From the NCBI GenBank assembly GCA_963817525.1, contig CAWFOU010000007.1, positions 416,001-480,000 of the forward strand: a DNA stretch of 64,000 nt. The letters are read 5' to 3'. Shown in pieces: positions 1 to 10,486 of this stretch. Numbering within the stretch: position 1 is the stretch's first letter; each line of letters starts with the position of its first letter. Source of the stretch: an uncultured archaeon. Lineage in GTDB: Archaea > Thermoproteota > Nitrososphaeria > Nitrososphaerales > Gagatemarchaeaceae. Made by a program: the position numbers and the translations under genes. The notes under the pieces were generated by a model. The model saw only the letters and a list, made by a program, of their open reading frames with translations, did not search any database and was not told where the DNA came from.

Positions 1-316
1 CGACCACCATCCTCGCGATCCTGATCGTCAGCATCGACCCCCTCGCCCCCCAGCCGCCGTTTCCGGCCCCCCAGCCACCGGCCATCCTCTCCTCTCTGAC
101 CTGCTTCAGCTTGGCCTCGTCCAGGTAGTATTTCCCTCCGACCTCGACGAATATGCCTCTGGCGCCGAGGCGCCTCTTCATGGCCTCCTCGAATCTGGGC
201 GGGAGCCCCAGCTCCTGGGCGGTCATGGCCTTGTCGGGGCTGGTCGCGCCCTTCTCCCTGAACGCGTCGACGAGCCTACGAATCCAGCGCCCGCCTCCTC
301 TGCCAGGCCCCATCAT
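1..316 (-). CDS. Hypothetical protein, 3' end outside window
   Basis: Read manually: MMGPGRGGGRWIRRLVDAFREKGATSPDKAMTAQELGLPPRFEEAMKRRLG...; open to the window edge; AT-rich TATA-like stretch upstream (~342-347). Confidence 0.6.
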   Translation of the reverse strand, partial: MMGPGRGGGRWIRRLVDAFREKGATSPDKAMTAQELGLPPRFEEAMKRRLGARGIFVEVGGKYYLDEAKLKQVREERMAGGWGAGNGGWGARGSMLTIRIARMVV

Positions 317-399
317 GCCCGCGTCGTGAGGGGCCGCGCCCTTAATTCTTTCCTGCCCCGTCTCAAAGGATAAGACTCTCGCCGTTCCCACCCCCGCTC

Positions 400-1824
400 G
401 TGCGTAGGGGAGTAGTGCTTGCGGCGGCGGTCGCGGTCCTCCTGATAATCGCAGGGGCGATCTTCGTCGTCGGTCCCCCGCTACTGAAGGGCTCGTCGAG
501 CTCGACCGGGCCCGCCTCGACCCTGGGCGCCGGGAGCTCGACCAGTTCGCAGGGCTCGGCCGCAGGGGAGGACTGGACGACTTACCACGGGAACAACGCC
601 CGGACGGGATACGAGCAGGTCGCCAACTTCACCTCGGTGACGAGGGACTGGAACTCTACCCCCCTTGACGGTATCGTCTTCGCGGAGCCCTTGGTCTACG
701 CGGGCGAGGTCTTCGTCGCCACAGAGAACAATTCGGTCTACGCCCTGAGCGCGCAGACGGGCAACATTGTGTGGCATACCAACCTCGGCGAGCCGGTTAA
801 CTCAACCCCAGCGGCGGGGATACTGCCGTGCGGGGACATCTACCCCGTGTCCGGGATAACGGGGACGCCGGTAATCGACCCCTCGACGGGGATCCTCTAC
901 GTCGTCTCATACAGGGGGGTGACCGTCACGCATGTGCTCTCCGCGATCAACCTCACCACGGGCGCCGTCCTGTGGCAGCGGGGAGCCGACCCGCCTGGCT
1001 CGGTGGTCACGGCGCAGCAGGAGAGGTCGGCCCTCTCCCTCGCGAACGGGATGGTCTACGTCCCCTACGGTGGCCTGGCCGGCGACTGCGCCCAGTATTG
1101 GGGGTGGGTGGTGGGCATCCCCGCGAACGGGACGGGGAGCATGGTGGTCTACAAGGTCCCGACGACCAGGGAGGGAGGTATCTGGGCGCCGTCGGGGCTC
1201 GCGATAGACTCCTCGGGCAACGTCTACGCCGCGACGGGCAACGGGGCGTCCATCACGACCTACGACCACGGGGACAGCGTGATCAAGCTCTCGCCCACGC
1301 TCACGGAGGAGGGGTACTTCGCCCCCACGAACTGGTCGGTGCTGAACCAGAACGACGCCGACGTGGGCTCCCTCGGCCCGGCCATAGTCGGGCCGAACCT
1401 CCTATTCCAGATAGGGAAGGAGGGGGTGGGATACATCCTGAACGCCAGCCAGTTGGGCGGGATTGGGGGACAGATGTACTCGAGCAGCATATGCGACGAG
1501 AGCTTCGGGGGGACCGCGTTCTCTAGCCCGTTGATCTTCGTCCCCTGCATCAACGGCCTCGTCATCCTCCAGCTCGGGAACGCCAACTTCACGCAGAAGC
1601 TGCTGATTACCGGCCTCAACGCTGGGCCGCCCACGGTCACCGACGGGATAGTCTGGACGATAGACTCGAACACGGGGCTGCTCTACGGGTTCAGCACCAG
1701 CAACGGCCACCAGGACTACACGTTCTCGCTCGGCCCTGTCGAGCACTTCACCAGCTCCGCGGCGGGCGACGGGCGGCTCTTCGTGGCCGCCACCAACATA
1801 GTGGAGTCTTTCTCGCTCGGATAG
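400..1824 (+). CDS. Membrane-anchored PQQ-binding-like beta-propeller repeat protein
   Basis: N-terminal TM helix, S/T linker, DWTTYHGNNARTG, repeated 'YALSAQTGNIVW'/'AINLTTGAVLW' Trp-docking motifs. Confidence 0.8.
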   Translation: MRRGVVLAAAVAVLLIIAGAIFVVGPPLLKGSSSSTGPASTLGAGSSTSSQGSAAGEDWTTYHGNNARTGYEQVANFTSVTRDWNSTPLDGIVFAEPLVYAGEVFVATENNSVYALSAQTGNIVWHTNLGEPVNSTPAAGILPCGDIYPVSGITGTPVIDPSTGILYVVSYRGVTVTHVLSAINLTTGAVLWQRGADPPGSVVTAQQERSALSLANGMVYVPYGGLAGDCAQYWGWVVGIPANGTGSMVVYKVPTTREGGIWAPSGLAIDSSGNVYAATGNGASITTYDHGDSVIKLSPTLTEEGYFAPTNWSVLNQNDADVGSLGPAIVGPNLLFQIGKEGVGYILNASQLGGIGGQMYSSSICDESFGGTAFSSPLIFVPCINGLVILQLGNANFTQKLLITGLNAGPPTVTDGIVWTIDSNTGLLYGFSTSNGHQDYTFSLGPVEHFTSSAAGDGRLFVAATNIVESFSLG

Positions 1825-1833
1825 TCGGGCGCC

Positions 1834-2535
1834 CTACGAGGCATCGACGAGCTCGTTCAGGATTCTCTCGGGGTCCTTCGCCTTTGTAAAGGCCGAGGAG
1901 ACGCCCCAGCCGTCGGCCCCCAGCTCGATGGACTTTTTCACGTCGACCGCGCTGCTGATGCCCGCTCCGACGAGGCGCCTGACGGTCGGCTTCACCTTCT
2001 TGACAAAGTCCGTGATCTGGGAGGGCTTGGCCGTGGAGACGGATATGCCGGTGCCCACCAGCTCCGGGGGCTCGTAGGCTATCATGTCGGGGGCGAAGGC
2101 CTCTAGCTTCACGCTCTGCCTGATGCTGTCGGCGAAGACCAGCGTCATCAGGCCGTGGGCCTTCGCGGCCGCGACCCTCTTCCCGACCTCCACCGTCGAG
2201 AGGGGGCGCTCCGAGTGGTTGAGCAGCGTGCCGACCGCGCCTGCCTCCTTGACCGCGAGCGGGGAGACCGAGCCGGTGAACTTGCCTATCCCGTCGTCGA
2301 TGTGCTGGGCGAAGACGGGCGTGTAGGGGGAGGCCTCCTTCGCAATCCTGTAGATGTCGGTGAACTGCGGCGAGATGATTATGCGCTTCCTGTGCCTCAT
2401 GGCCACGCTCCTGCATATCCGGGCCAGCCTAAGCGCGTGGTCGCCGGTCGCCTCCTCGTAGGTCTTGAAGTTGATTATGATAATCGGGAGGTGCGCCAAC
2501 AGCAGGCGGTTGGAGTCGGGACTCTTGTCGCTCAT
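1834..2535 (-). CDS. tpiA: Triosephosphate isomerase (archaeal type)
   Basis: IINFKTY, FAQH, LLNHSE, AYEPPELVGTG and GAGI motifs; start probably 2535 or 2547 rather than 2601. Confidence 0.93.
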   Translation of the reverse strand: MSDKSPDSNRLLLAHLPIIIINFKTYEEATGDHALRLARICRSVAMRHRKRIIISPQFTDIYRIAKEASPYTPVFAQHIDDGIGKFTGSVSPLAVKEAGAVGTLLNHSERPLSTVEVGKRVAAAKAHGLMTLVFADSIRQSVKLEAFAPDMIAYEPPELVGTGISVSTAKPSQITDFVKKVKPTVRRLVGAGISSAVDVKKSIELGADGWGVSSAFTKAKDPERILNELVDAS

Positions 2536-2597
2536 TGTCTGGAGCATGGCCGCCGACACGCGGCTAAATCCATTTCCCAGCCCGCCGGGGCGCGGGG

Positions 2598-2852
2598 TCA
2601 CCTGCCGGGGTTCTGCTCGACCACCCTCGCGACGACGTACGTCCTGACGAGGGTGGTCCCGGCCGAGAGCATCACGAACCCGATGACCGCGGAGAGGAGG
2701 GCGGCCACGACAGCCTGGTCTGGGGGAGAGATGAGGGTGACGGCGGCGAGGAAGAAGTAGATGGACACCGCTATCAGGGCGATCCCGACCCAGAGCGAGG
2801 CCACAGCGAACCGCCTCGGAGTGCCAGCGCCCGTCCCGCTAGTCGCCATCAC
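2598..2852 (-). CDS. Small two-TM membrane protein (last gene of the MoxR cluster)
   Basis: Two hydrophobic helices; co-oriented with the DUF58/MoxR genes. Confidence 0.65.
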   Translation of the reverse strand: MMATSGTGAGTPRRFAVASLWVGIALIAVSIYFFLAAVTLISPPDQAVVAALLSAVIGFVMLSAGTTLVRTYVVARVVEQNPGR

Positions 2853-2911
2853 GCATCTCCCTCGGTTCTGATTTCGGGGCCTTTCAGGCTATAAAAAGTG
2901 GGCGCGGCCAA

Positions 2912-3970
2912 TCAACCCCAAAATATCTGGATGATCTCGCGGATATAGTCCTGCGACTGGGCGAAGAGGATGTCGACCTTCACCACGGCGCTCTGGGTGG
3001 CGGTCTGAAAGAGGGCCTCCGCCGGCGACGGGATGGGCGGCCTGAGGGTCAGCGCGCCGATGAGGTCACGGTAGAACTCCCCGCGCGGCAGGAAGAACGC
3101 GAGTGCCGCGGCGACCCCCCAGCAGTAAGCGATGGCAAGGATGGCCCAGCTGAGCCCCCGGGAGGGCCTGTATCGGGTGATCTTCCTGACGGACTTGGTC
3201 GTCGGCTCGATCTCTGAGAGGAGCTCCTTCCTCGCGTCGCCCGGGGTGAGCGTGAAGTGGAGTATCACGGGCTCGACGAACTGGCGCATCACCCAGATCG
3301 CGGCCCCCGCGACGAGGAGGGTCGTGAAGACGATGCCGATGCGGGTCTGAAGGTAGAGCGAGACGAGGCTCGATAGGGGCTCGGGGAGGAGGGAGGACTG
3401 CGCCTGGAAGTCTCTCACCACGGCCTCCACGAGGACCACGAGCCCGAGGGCGACGGCGAGCGGGACGGCGGACTCGAGCGCGACCCCGAAGGCGTTGTAG
3501 CCGAGGGGCCCAGAGGAGGTGATGTCGGGGCGGCGCCCGGAGAGGAGCTTGAGGCCGCGCGCGTAGTTGAACCCTGCGAGCGCGAGGAAGGTGGCCGCTA
3601 TCACGAGGACGACCGTCGCCCCGAGGTCGAGCTGGACGCCGGGTAGGCTGATGCCGTTCGCGACGGTCACGGCCACGAAGAAGGTGGCGATGAGGAGGGC
3701 GACGAGGAGCGAGGGCCGGAAGGAGAAGACGGCGTAGGCCGACCCCGCGAGGACGAAGAGCGGGAGGAGCCTGGCGAGGACGGAGACGGCGGGGCCGTAG
3801 GACGCGGACTGCGAGACGAGGTCCCCGGGGGTCGAGGCGATGGCGACCGAGAAGACGAGGGCCGCGACCACGGCGGGGAGGACTAGTACGTAGAAGACGG
3901 CGGCGTCCCTGCTCGCGTACCTGGCCGCGAGGGAGGGGGCGTCGGGCGCCTCGGGGGATGCTGGCGTCAA
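2912..3970 (-). CDS. Multi-pass membrane protein
   Basis: About 7 hydrophobic segments; 4-bp overlap with the DUF58 gene. Confidence 0.75.
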   Translation of the reverse strand: MTPASPEAPDAPSLAARYASRDAAVFYVLVLPAVVAALVFSVAIASTPGDLVSQSASYGPAVSVLARLLPLFVLAGSAYAVFSFRPSLLVALLIATFFVAVTVANGISLPGVQLDLGATVVLVIAATFLALAGFNYARGLKLLSGRRPDITSSGPLGYNAFGVALESAVPLAVALGLVVLVEAVVRDFQAQSSLLPEPLSSLVSLYLQTRIGIVFTTLLVAGAAIWVMRQFVEPVILHFTLTPGDARKELLSEIEPTTKSVRKITRYRPSRGLSWAILAIAYCWGVAAALAFFLPRGEFYRDLIGALTLRPPIPSPAEALFQTATQSAVVKVDILFAQSQDYIREIIQIFWG

Positions 3971-5304
3971 GAGCCCCCCTTCCTCCGCAGCTCCTCCACC
4001 TGCGTGACCAGCTTCGCGAAGAGGTCGTCCGGGCCGACGTCTATGACGGGGATGCCCAGCGCGAGGGCCTGGTGGAGGAGGCTCTTGCGGGTCCTCACCT
4101 CGTGCGTCGTCCTGATGGAGTAGACCGTCTTGTCGAGCCCCTCGAGGCCGTGGGCCTCGAAGAGGGGCGTGTAGGGCGAGACCACTATCACCTCGTGGTC
4201 GATCTCTAGGAGCTGCCTCAGCGGGTGGAGGTCGCGCTCAAAGTCGAGGTCGGTGATCACGAAGAAGAGGGTCTTCCCCTTCACCCCGCCCACCGCGAGG
4301 CACCTGCTCACCGCGCTCCGCAGGGCGTTGGCAGGGGAGACCTCGGGGCGCAGGCCGCCGAGCGCGGTGAGGAGCTTGTTTGCCTGGATGCCACCCCTGG
4401 CGAGCGGGATGACGGCGGCCGGCTTGTCGCCCTGCACTATGGTCATCCCGACAAAGTCCCCGCGCCTGGAGAGGTAGCTCACCAGCGAGGCCACGGCCCT
4501 CGCCGCGTAGTCGAGCTTCGTCCTCCCCGCCTCGCCGTAGGCCATGCTCTCCGTGGAGTCGAGTATCACCATCACGTTGAGCTGCGTCTCCGCGTTGAGC
4601 TCCCTCACCATGAGCCGGTTTGTCCTCGCGGTCGCGTGCCACTCTATCCGCTTGTAGGGGTCGCCCGGCTCGTAGCGCCTGATGTCCGCGAACTCGAGGC
4701 CCTCGCCCTTGCGTCTCGAGGTCAGGCTCCCGCCGTAGGTCGACATCGCCACCGCCGTGAGGACCCCCTTGGTGAGCTCCCTACCCCCGGGCGTGACCTC
4801 GACCACGTTCGGGACCGTCTCTGTGACGCTCCTCTCGTAGAAGAAGAGCCCCGCGATGTCCCGGGTGACGAGCCTCAGGGGCCCGAAGGCGTTGGACCCG
4901 ATCGACGTCGGCTTGATCTTGTAGCGGAGCTCCGCGAAGCCCTTGGCGGGGACGTTCACCATCGCCGCGTTGGCGCCCGACCTTATCCTGAAGAACGGCG
5001 GGTAGGAGTCCAGGAGCTCGAGGGGGAGCCTCACGAAGGTCCTGTTCACGAGCTCGAGCTCCACCGCAAGGGGGGAGCCCTCGTCGACCCTGGGGGAGAA
5101 CTTCCGCCGAATCTCCAGCGAGTCGAGGGCCTTCACCTTCAGTTGGAGGAGCAGTTTCGACGCGTAGTAGAATAGGAAGAGCGCGACGCCCGCGTACAGC
5201 AGGAAGGCCTGCGACTGGAGCGTCCCCACTATCCCGAGGGACACGAGCACAGCCGAGAGGAGGAGGACGGTGCTCCCCCTTGGGGACCTCCGGAAGACGG
5301 CCAA
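3967..5304 (-). CDS. DUF58 (vWA-like) protein
   Basis: GEGLEFADIRRYEPGDPYKRIEWHATAR and VILDSTESM motifs. Confidence 0.9.
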   Translation of the reverse strand: MAVFRRSPRGSTVLLLSAVLVSLGIVGTLQSQAFLLYAGVALFLFYYASKLLLQLKVKALDSLEIRRKFSPRVDEGSPLAVELELVNRTFVRLPLELLDSYPPFFRIRSGANAAMVNVPAKGFAELRYKIKPTSIGSNAFGPLRLVTRDIAGLFFYERSVTETVPNVVEVTPGGRELTKGVLTAVAMSTYGGSLTSRRKGEGLEFADIRRYEPGDPYKRIEWHATARTNRLMVRELNAETQLNVMVILDSTESMAYGEAGRTKLDYAARAVASLVSYLSRRGDFVGMTIVQGDKPAAVIPLARGGIQANKLLTALGGLRPEVSPANALRSAVSRCLAVGGVKGKTLFFVITDLDFERDLHPLRQLLEIDHEVIVVSPYTPLFEAHGLEGLDKTVYSIRTTHEVRTRKSLLHQALALGIPVIDVGPDDLFAKLVTQVEELRRKGGS

Positions 5305-5306
5305 CG

Positions 5307-6254
5307 CTAAGGGACCTTCGTGGACTGGAGGACCTGGGTCACAATCGTGGACTGCGTGACGCCGTCCAGGACGGCCTCCTGCCTGAGGACGAGCCTGTGC
5401 GCCAGGACGAACGGGGCGACCCGCTTCACGTCGTCGGGTATCACGTAGCTCCTGCCCTCGATCGCCGCGAGGCCTGACGACCCGACGAGGAGGGAGGTGG
5501 CGGCCCTCGGAGACCCTCCGAGCCTGACCGCGGGGTGCGACCTTGTCGCCTCCACGATGTCCGTGATGTAGCCCCGGATGGTGTCGTCGACGTTCTCGCT
5601 CCAGATGGCGGAGGGTATGAGGGCCTGGAGGGTCTTCTCGTCGGCGACGGGCATCACCTTGGTCTCGGTGATGCCTCTCAGGTTCTTCAGCATGAGCATG
5701 GTCTCCGCCCTGGTGGGGTAGCCTATCTGCACCCTCATCAGGAACCTGTCGATCTGCGCCTCGGGGAGCGGGTAGGTCCCCTCGAACTCGATGGGGTTCT
5801 GGGTGGCGAGGACCAGGAAGGGCGACGGGAGGGGGATGGTGGTGCCCTCGATGGTTACCTGCCGCTCCTGCATGGCCTCGAGGAGGGCGGACTGCGTCTT
5901 GGGGGAGGCTCGGTTTATCTCGTCGGCGAGGATGATGTTCCCGAAGACAGGCCCCTGCCTGATCCTAAAGTCGGAGACCTTCTGGTCGAAGACGTAGGTC
6001 CCGACGATGTCGGAGGGGAGGAGATCGGGCGTGAACTGGATTCGGTCGAACTTCAGGCCCAGGGAGCTCGCCAGGGCCTTCGCTATGGTGGTCTTGGCGA
6101 CGCCTGGGACGCCCTCGAGGAGGACGTGGCCCCCCGCGAAGAGGCAGGCCTCGATGAGCTTGAGCTCCTCCGTCTTCCCAACTATGACCTTGGAGACCTC
6201 CGCGAGGATCTTGTCGGAGAGGGCCTTCACCTGCGCGGCCGGGGTGGTGCTCAT
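5307..6254 (-). CDS. moxR: MoxR family AAA+ ATPase
   Basis: [53 protein letters not shown]. Confidence 0.95.
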   Translation of the reverse strand: MSTTPAAQVKALSDKILAEVSKVIVGKTEELKLIEACLFAGGHVLLEGVPGVAKTTIAKALASSLGLKFDRIQFTPDLLPSDIVGTYVFDQKVSDFRIRQGPVFGNIILADEINRASPKTQSALLEAMQERQVTIEGTTIPLPSPFLVLATQNPIEFEGTYPLPEAQIDRFLMRVQIGYPTRAETMLMLKNLRGITETKVMPVADEKTLQALIPSAIWSENVDDTIRGYITDIVEATRSHPAVRLGGSPRAATSLLVGSSGLAAIEGRSYVIPDDVKRVAPFVLAHRLVLRQEAVLDGVTQSTIVTQVLQSTKVP

Positions 6255-6289
6255 CTAGTCGGCGCCCCGCCATGGACCCTGGTCGGCAG

Positions 6290-7753
6290 TTAAGCTCTCA
6301 CCTTCTCTCCCGCGAGCGCCTGCGGCTCCTCCTCCTCACCGGCGATGGACATCCCAAGCCTGTTGAGGAAGGCCTCGGCCTCCCCGGTGGTCCTCGCGGT
6401 CAGCGCGCGCCAGCGTAGGACGGGCGGGAAGAGGAACCTCGTCTCCCCCGTGGCGTAGTCGTGGAACTTCGAGAGCGTGAGGAAGAGCTCCTTCGCGCGC
6501 GCGGCCTCGTCCGCGCCCACCTTCGCGGCGAGGGCGCCCTCGTCCACCGAGGAGATCCCCGCCCCGAACTCGCCGAGGACGATGGAGTCCATGACATCGT
6601 AGAGCTGGCTGAGGGCGGCCACGTATCCCGCCTTTGAGCGGGACGTCTCGAGGAACTCCGCCCTCGCTTGTGACTCTGCGACTATCGTCCGCTCCACGCT
6701 GGGCTGGGGCTGGTCGTCCTTCCCTTTCTTCTCGGGGGCGAACCACCTCGTCACGGCCCCGTAGACCGAGAGCAGGATGATCAGCGCCACGATCGCGGTC
6801 GCGAGGCCCAGAGACACGTGAATCCCAAAGCCGCCGAGGAAGCCGCTCACCTGGGAGGGGAAGCTCGCGTAGTAGCCGTTGAGGCTCGTGAGGGACTGCT
6901 CTATCGCGTATACCACCAGCGGCCCCACGGGGAGGCCCATCTGGAAGCTCGGGGCCTTGGGCGGGTTGTAGTTCGAGGCGTCGAGGAGGATCGGTGCGGC
7001 CTTGCCGGGGTCGACGTAGCTCACCATGGCCGCCACGAAGGCCTTCTCGTCGATTCCCCCCTGAGTGTAGTTGAACAGGAAGTTCGTGAACGGGGCGGAG
7101 TCGGTGATGACGAGTGCCCGGGCGCCCGACTCCGTCGTCCCTGCGCCGATGACGGTCCTCGGGCCTGTGGTCGAGTTGTCCAAGGCGTAGGAGGACGGCG
7201 GGGTCACCGCCACGGGATGGAGGGGCGAGCCGGGTTCGATGAGCAGCGGTGCGGCGACATCGTCCACCCCCGTGACGGTGGTCGAGCCCAGCGCGAGGTT
7301 CACCGTGAACACCTGTTCGTCTTGGAAGGTTGAGGCCGGGTCCACTATGGCGCGCGGGCCAACCCGTGCCTCGAAGGTCGCGACCAGGGCTGCGTTGTGC
7401 GTGTCGTTCCCTTCCGCGATCAGCGCGGAGAACTCTCCGTTGTTGTAACCGAACTGGAAGGCCTGGAGCTCCTTGGTGGGGAGGGCGTTGTCTGCCCCGA
7501 TGAGGATGTACACGAGCTTCACGTGGTCTTGCAGGTTATTCTGGGCCTCTATCGACGTGTTCGCGACGATGACCTTGTACCCCGCCTGGTGGAGGTAGGC
7601 GAGGAACATCGACGTACCGGAGGCGGAGGTGTCGGTGGGGGCGGTCCCCCCGTCGCCGCCGGGTGAGGCCGAGAACCCTATCGTGGAGGGCGAGTAGATT
7701 ACCGCTACAAGGGCGACGACGCCCATTATCGAAAGGAATTGGCGGAGCTTCAA
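6290..7753 (-). CDS. DUF4350-like membrane protein
   Basis: Signal/TM helix, 'SGTSMFLAYLHQAGYKV', 'DSAPFTN', C-terminal TM; in-frame TTG start at 7753 overlaps the stop of the upstream gene; typical MoxR-cluster partner. Confidence 0.65.
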   Translation of the reverse strand: MKLRQFLSIMGVVALVAVIYSPSTIGFSASPGGDGGTAPTDTSASGTSMFLAYLHQAGYKVIVANTSIEAQNNLQDHVKLVYILIGADNALPTKELQAFQFGYNNGEFSALIAEGNDTHNAALVATFEARVGPRAIVDPASTFQDEQVFTVNLALGSTTVTGVDDVAAPLLIEPGSPLHPVAVTPPSSYALDNSTTGPRTVIGAGTTESGARALVITDSAPFTNFLFNYTQGGIDEKAFVAAMVSYVDPGKAAPILLDASNYNPPKAPSFQMGLPVGPLVVYAIEQSLTSLNGYYASFPSQVSGFLGGFGIHVSLGLATAIVALIILLSVYGAVTRWFAPEKKGKDDQPQPSVERTIVAESQARAEFLETSRSKAGYVAALSQLYDVMDSIVLGEFGAGISSVDEGALAAKVGADEAARAKELFLTLSKFHDYATGETRFLFPPVLRWRALTARTTGEAEAFLNRLGMSIAGEEEEPQALAGEKVRA

Positions 7754-8889
7754 TGCTCCTGCTTCTCCATCTCCGTGAAGGAGGACGCGGCCAGGCTCGC
7801 GTCGGCGCTCCCGACCTCCTGCCCGGAGAACTTCGCCTTCTCGTAGAGCGAGGAGATGGTGCCCACCTGCCGCCCCTCGGGCGCTTGCTCGCACTTGGAG
7901 GAGAACTCGCGGTGGGTCTCCGACTCGAGCTTCGCCACCCCCCTCCGCGACATCAGGCTCACGGCCCTCCCGAAGTAGTACTCGATCCTCGCGCGGGCGT
8001 CGGCGGGGACGGGCCCGGCCTCCTCGGCCTTGCTCGCCCTGAGGAGGGGGATCGCCGGGAGGCTCTGCGACCCGACGAGCCTGACTATCCTACCCCTGGA
8101 GAAGTAGAGGGCGACGACCGCCACGACGGCGGCCAGCGTCGCCGCGAGCGCGGCGAGGGGGATCGCCGGGACTCCGCCCGACGGGGTCCCCACGGAGAGG
8201 GAGGGCGTGCCGATGGAGGGCATCGAGAGGCCCGAGAACCCGGACACGCCAGGTAGGGCGATGGGGGCGGCCGCCGCGGACCCGCTGCTCCCCGCGAAGG
8301 CGTTCTGGCTCAGGAGGTCGGAGTTCTGGAGGAGCTGGCTCGCGAGGGTGGAGTTAGCGTACTGCATGAGGCTGGCAAGGCTCTGCATGTCCAGCGAGAG
8401 GTCCTGCTGGGACTTGGCGGAGGCGCCCGAGGCGGAGGTGTTGTTGAGGAGGCTCGCCAGGGTGTTGGCGTTGACCGTCGCGCCGCCCGGCCCCACGCTG
8501 AGGCTCTGGATGAGGGCGTTGAGCGCCGGCGAGACGTCGGGGTTGTTCTGGGAGAGGCCCTGGAGCTGGACCAGGGTCGAAGCCGCCCCGGAGTAGTCGC
8601 CGTTGTTGAGCTCCGACTGGAACTGGGAGAGGAGCTGCTGAATCTGCGAGTCGTTGTTCCCCTGCTCGAGGGTGCTCAGCGCCGAGCCCAGCTGCTGGGG
8701 GGTGACCGTCGGGACCTCCGTGAGCTGCCCCGCGTTGGAGTCGTCCGCGGCGTGGGCGGGGACGGCGAGGGCCCCGATGAAAGAGATTAGCAAGAAAGCG
8801 GCAAGGAGCGAGAAGGCGACTCTCCGGCCCCGTTGACCGATAGCCCTTGCTGAGGCTGACAAGGCGGACTTGCGGGACTCCGGATTCAT
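7750..8889 (-). CDS. DUF4129 domain membrane protein
   Basis: C-terminal 'ESETHREF...LYEKAKFS' motif after a TM helix. Confidence 0.8.
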   Translation of the reverse strand: MNPESRKSALSASARAIGQRGRRVAFSLLAAFLLISFIGALAVPAHAADDSNAGQLTEVPTVTPQQLGSALSTLEQGNNDSQIQQLLSQFQSELNNGDYSGAASTLVQLQGLSQNNPDVSPALNALIQSLSVGPGGATVNANTLASLLNNTSASGASAKSQQDLSLDMQSLASLMQYANSTLASQLLQNSDLLSQNAFAGSSGSAAAAPIALPGVSGFSGLSMPSIGTPSLSVGTPSGGVPAIPLAALAATLAAVVAVVALYFSRGRIVRLVGSQSLPAIPLLRASKAEEAGPVPADARARIEYYFGRAVSLMSRRGVAKLESETHREFSSKCEQAPEGRQVGTISSLYEKAKFSGQEVGSADASLAASSFTEMEKQEH

Positions 8890-8937
8890 ATAACCTTGAA
8901 GTATTGCTGGTCTACATTCCCAGAGCGGGGAGGTCGG

Positions 8938-10107
8938 CTAACCCAGCGCCTGCTCCAGGTCGGCGCGGAGGTCGTCCACGTCCTCGAGGCCCATAGCGAG
9001 CCTGAGGAGGTTCTCGGTTATCCCCAGCTCCTTCCTCACGGCGGGCGAGATCGTCTTCGAGGCGCTCGTGATCGGGTAGTTGAGGAGGGACTCGGTCCCG
9101 CCCAGGCTGGGGGAGGGCTTGATCAGCTTGATCTTCCTAAGGACCTCGATGGCCTTGGCCTTACCTCCCTTCACCTTGAAGCTCAGGACGCCGCCGTAGA
9201 CCCCCTTCTCGAGGAAGAGCCGCCCCGCGGTCTTGTGGTACGGGCTGTCCTTGAGGCCCGGGTAGTAGACCGCGTCCACCAGGGGGTGGTCCTCGAGGAA
9301 CTCCGCGAGGGCGAGCGCGCTCCTGCACTGGGCCTCGAAGCGCACCTTGAGGGTCGCGACTCCCCGGAGGGCGAGGAAGGCCTCGAAGGGGCCCATTATC
9401 GAGCCCAGCCTCCTCCTGAACTCCCAGAGCTCGACGAGGTCGAGCGGGTCGTCGAGGGCGACCGCGCCTCCGACGATGTCGTTGTGCCCCCCGATGTACT
9501 TGGTGACGCTGTGGACCGAGAGCCAGGCCCCTCGGTCGAGCGGCCGGTAGAGCAGGGGCGTGGCGAAGGTGTTGTCGACGACGAGCCTCGCGCCCACCTC
9601 CTTGCACCTCTTGGTGATCGCGGGGATGTCGACCACCCTCACGAGCGGGTTGGTGATCGTCTCGATGAGGACGAGCGAGACCCCCGGCTTGATCTTCTGG
9701 AGGAAGTCCTCCGTGTCGGGGCCCGCGAGGACGGTCTTCACCCCGAACTTGGCCAGGTTGAGCGCGAGGTCCTGGGTGGTCCCGTAGGACTCCTTGGTAA
9801 TCACGACCGTGTCTCCCTTGCTGAGGGTGGAGAGGTAGACCGCCGCTATCCCGCCCATCCCGCTGCTGAAGGCGAGGGACTCCTTTGCGTGCTCTAGCTT
9901 GGCGACGACCTTCTCGAAGCCCCGGACGGTGGGGTTCTCCTCCCTGGAGTACTTCTGCTCGAATCCCCTGTCGCTCTTCCTCGACTCCCCCGTCCTCCGG
10001 TCGGGGTGCTCGAAGACGGTCGAGAGGTAGAGCGGGACGCGAAAGGCCCCGGTCTCGACGTCGTAGTAGTCGTGGCCGTGGACGCTGTCGGTGGAGGGCT
10101 TAGGCAA
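8938..10107 (-). CDS. Cystathionine gamma-synthase/lyase family PLP enzyme
   Basis: YSREENPT, FSSGMGG, IETITNP, VVDNTFATP, HSVTKYIGGHND (PLP lysine), SLGGTESL; TTG start at ~10107. Confidence 0.9.
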   Translation of the reverse strand: MPKPSTDSVHGHDYYDVETGAFRVPLYLSTVFEHPDRRTGESRKSDRGFEQKYSREENPTVRGFEKVVAKLEHAKESLAFSSGMGGIAAVYLSTLSKGDTVVITKESYGTTQDLALNLAKFGVKTVLAGPDTEDFLQKIKPGVSLVLIETITNPLVRVVDIPAITKRCKEVGARLVVDNTFATPLLYRPLDRGAWLSVHSVTKYIGGHNDIVGGAVALDDPLDLVELWEFRRRLGSIMGPFEAFLALRGVATLKVRFEAQCRSALALAEFLEDHPLVDAVYYPGLKDSPYHKTAGRLFLEKGVYGGVLSFKVKGGKAKAIEVLRKIKLIKPSPSLGGTESLLNYPITSASKTISPAVRKELGITENLLRLAMGLEDVDDLRADLEQALG

Positions 10108-10204
10108 GGCTACTGACTGCCGATGCGTGCCGGAATCGGATTCATAAGCTTGCCGATGCGCAAAGTCAGATAGGAATAATCGGATGGGCCGTGCGGAAGG
10201 CGCA

Positions 10205-10232
10205 GTATACCGCATACGTATACGCTTAAGTA
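10205..10232 (+). promoter_or_regulatory. Probable vapBC promoter/operator
   Basis: Two GTATAC palindromes (10205-10210, 10218-10223) flank GCATAC, followed by TATA-like CTTAAGTA ~25 nt before the start. Confidence 0.4.
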
Positions 10233-10255
10233 TCATCCCGTGCTCTTAGTCCCGT

Positions 10256-10483
10256 TTGGCTAGGTCGAAGGTCACCGCGAAATATCAGGTTACGATACCG
10301 AGGGAGATCAGGGAGAAGATTGAGGTCAGACCTGGCGAGATCGTGACGGTCGAGGCAGTCTCGCGTGACGAAATCCTGCTCAGACGCTATTCGCGGACCA
10401 AGGATCCGCTGGCCACTCTGATCGGGAAGACAACACGCGGCACGGTGGCCATCGAGGAGCTCGAGAAGATGGAGTCCAGGTAG
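10256..10483 (+). CDS. vapB: AbrB/MazE/SpoVT family antitoxin
   Basis: SKVTAKYQVTIPREIREKIEVRPGE motif; directly upstream of a PIN gene. Confidence 0.88.
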   Translation: MARSKVTAKYQVTIPREIREKIEVRPGEIVTVEAVSRDEILLRRYSRTKDPLATLIGKTTRGTVAIEELEKMESR

Positions 10484-10486
10484 GAC

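Noticed and set aside
2598-8889. MoxR-DUF58-DUF4350-DUF4129 cluster as a novel system
   Set aside because: A widespread, previously noted gene association.
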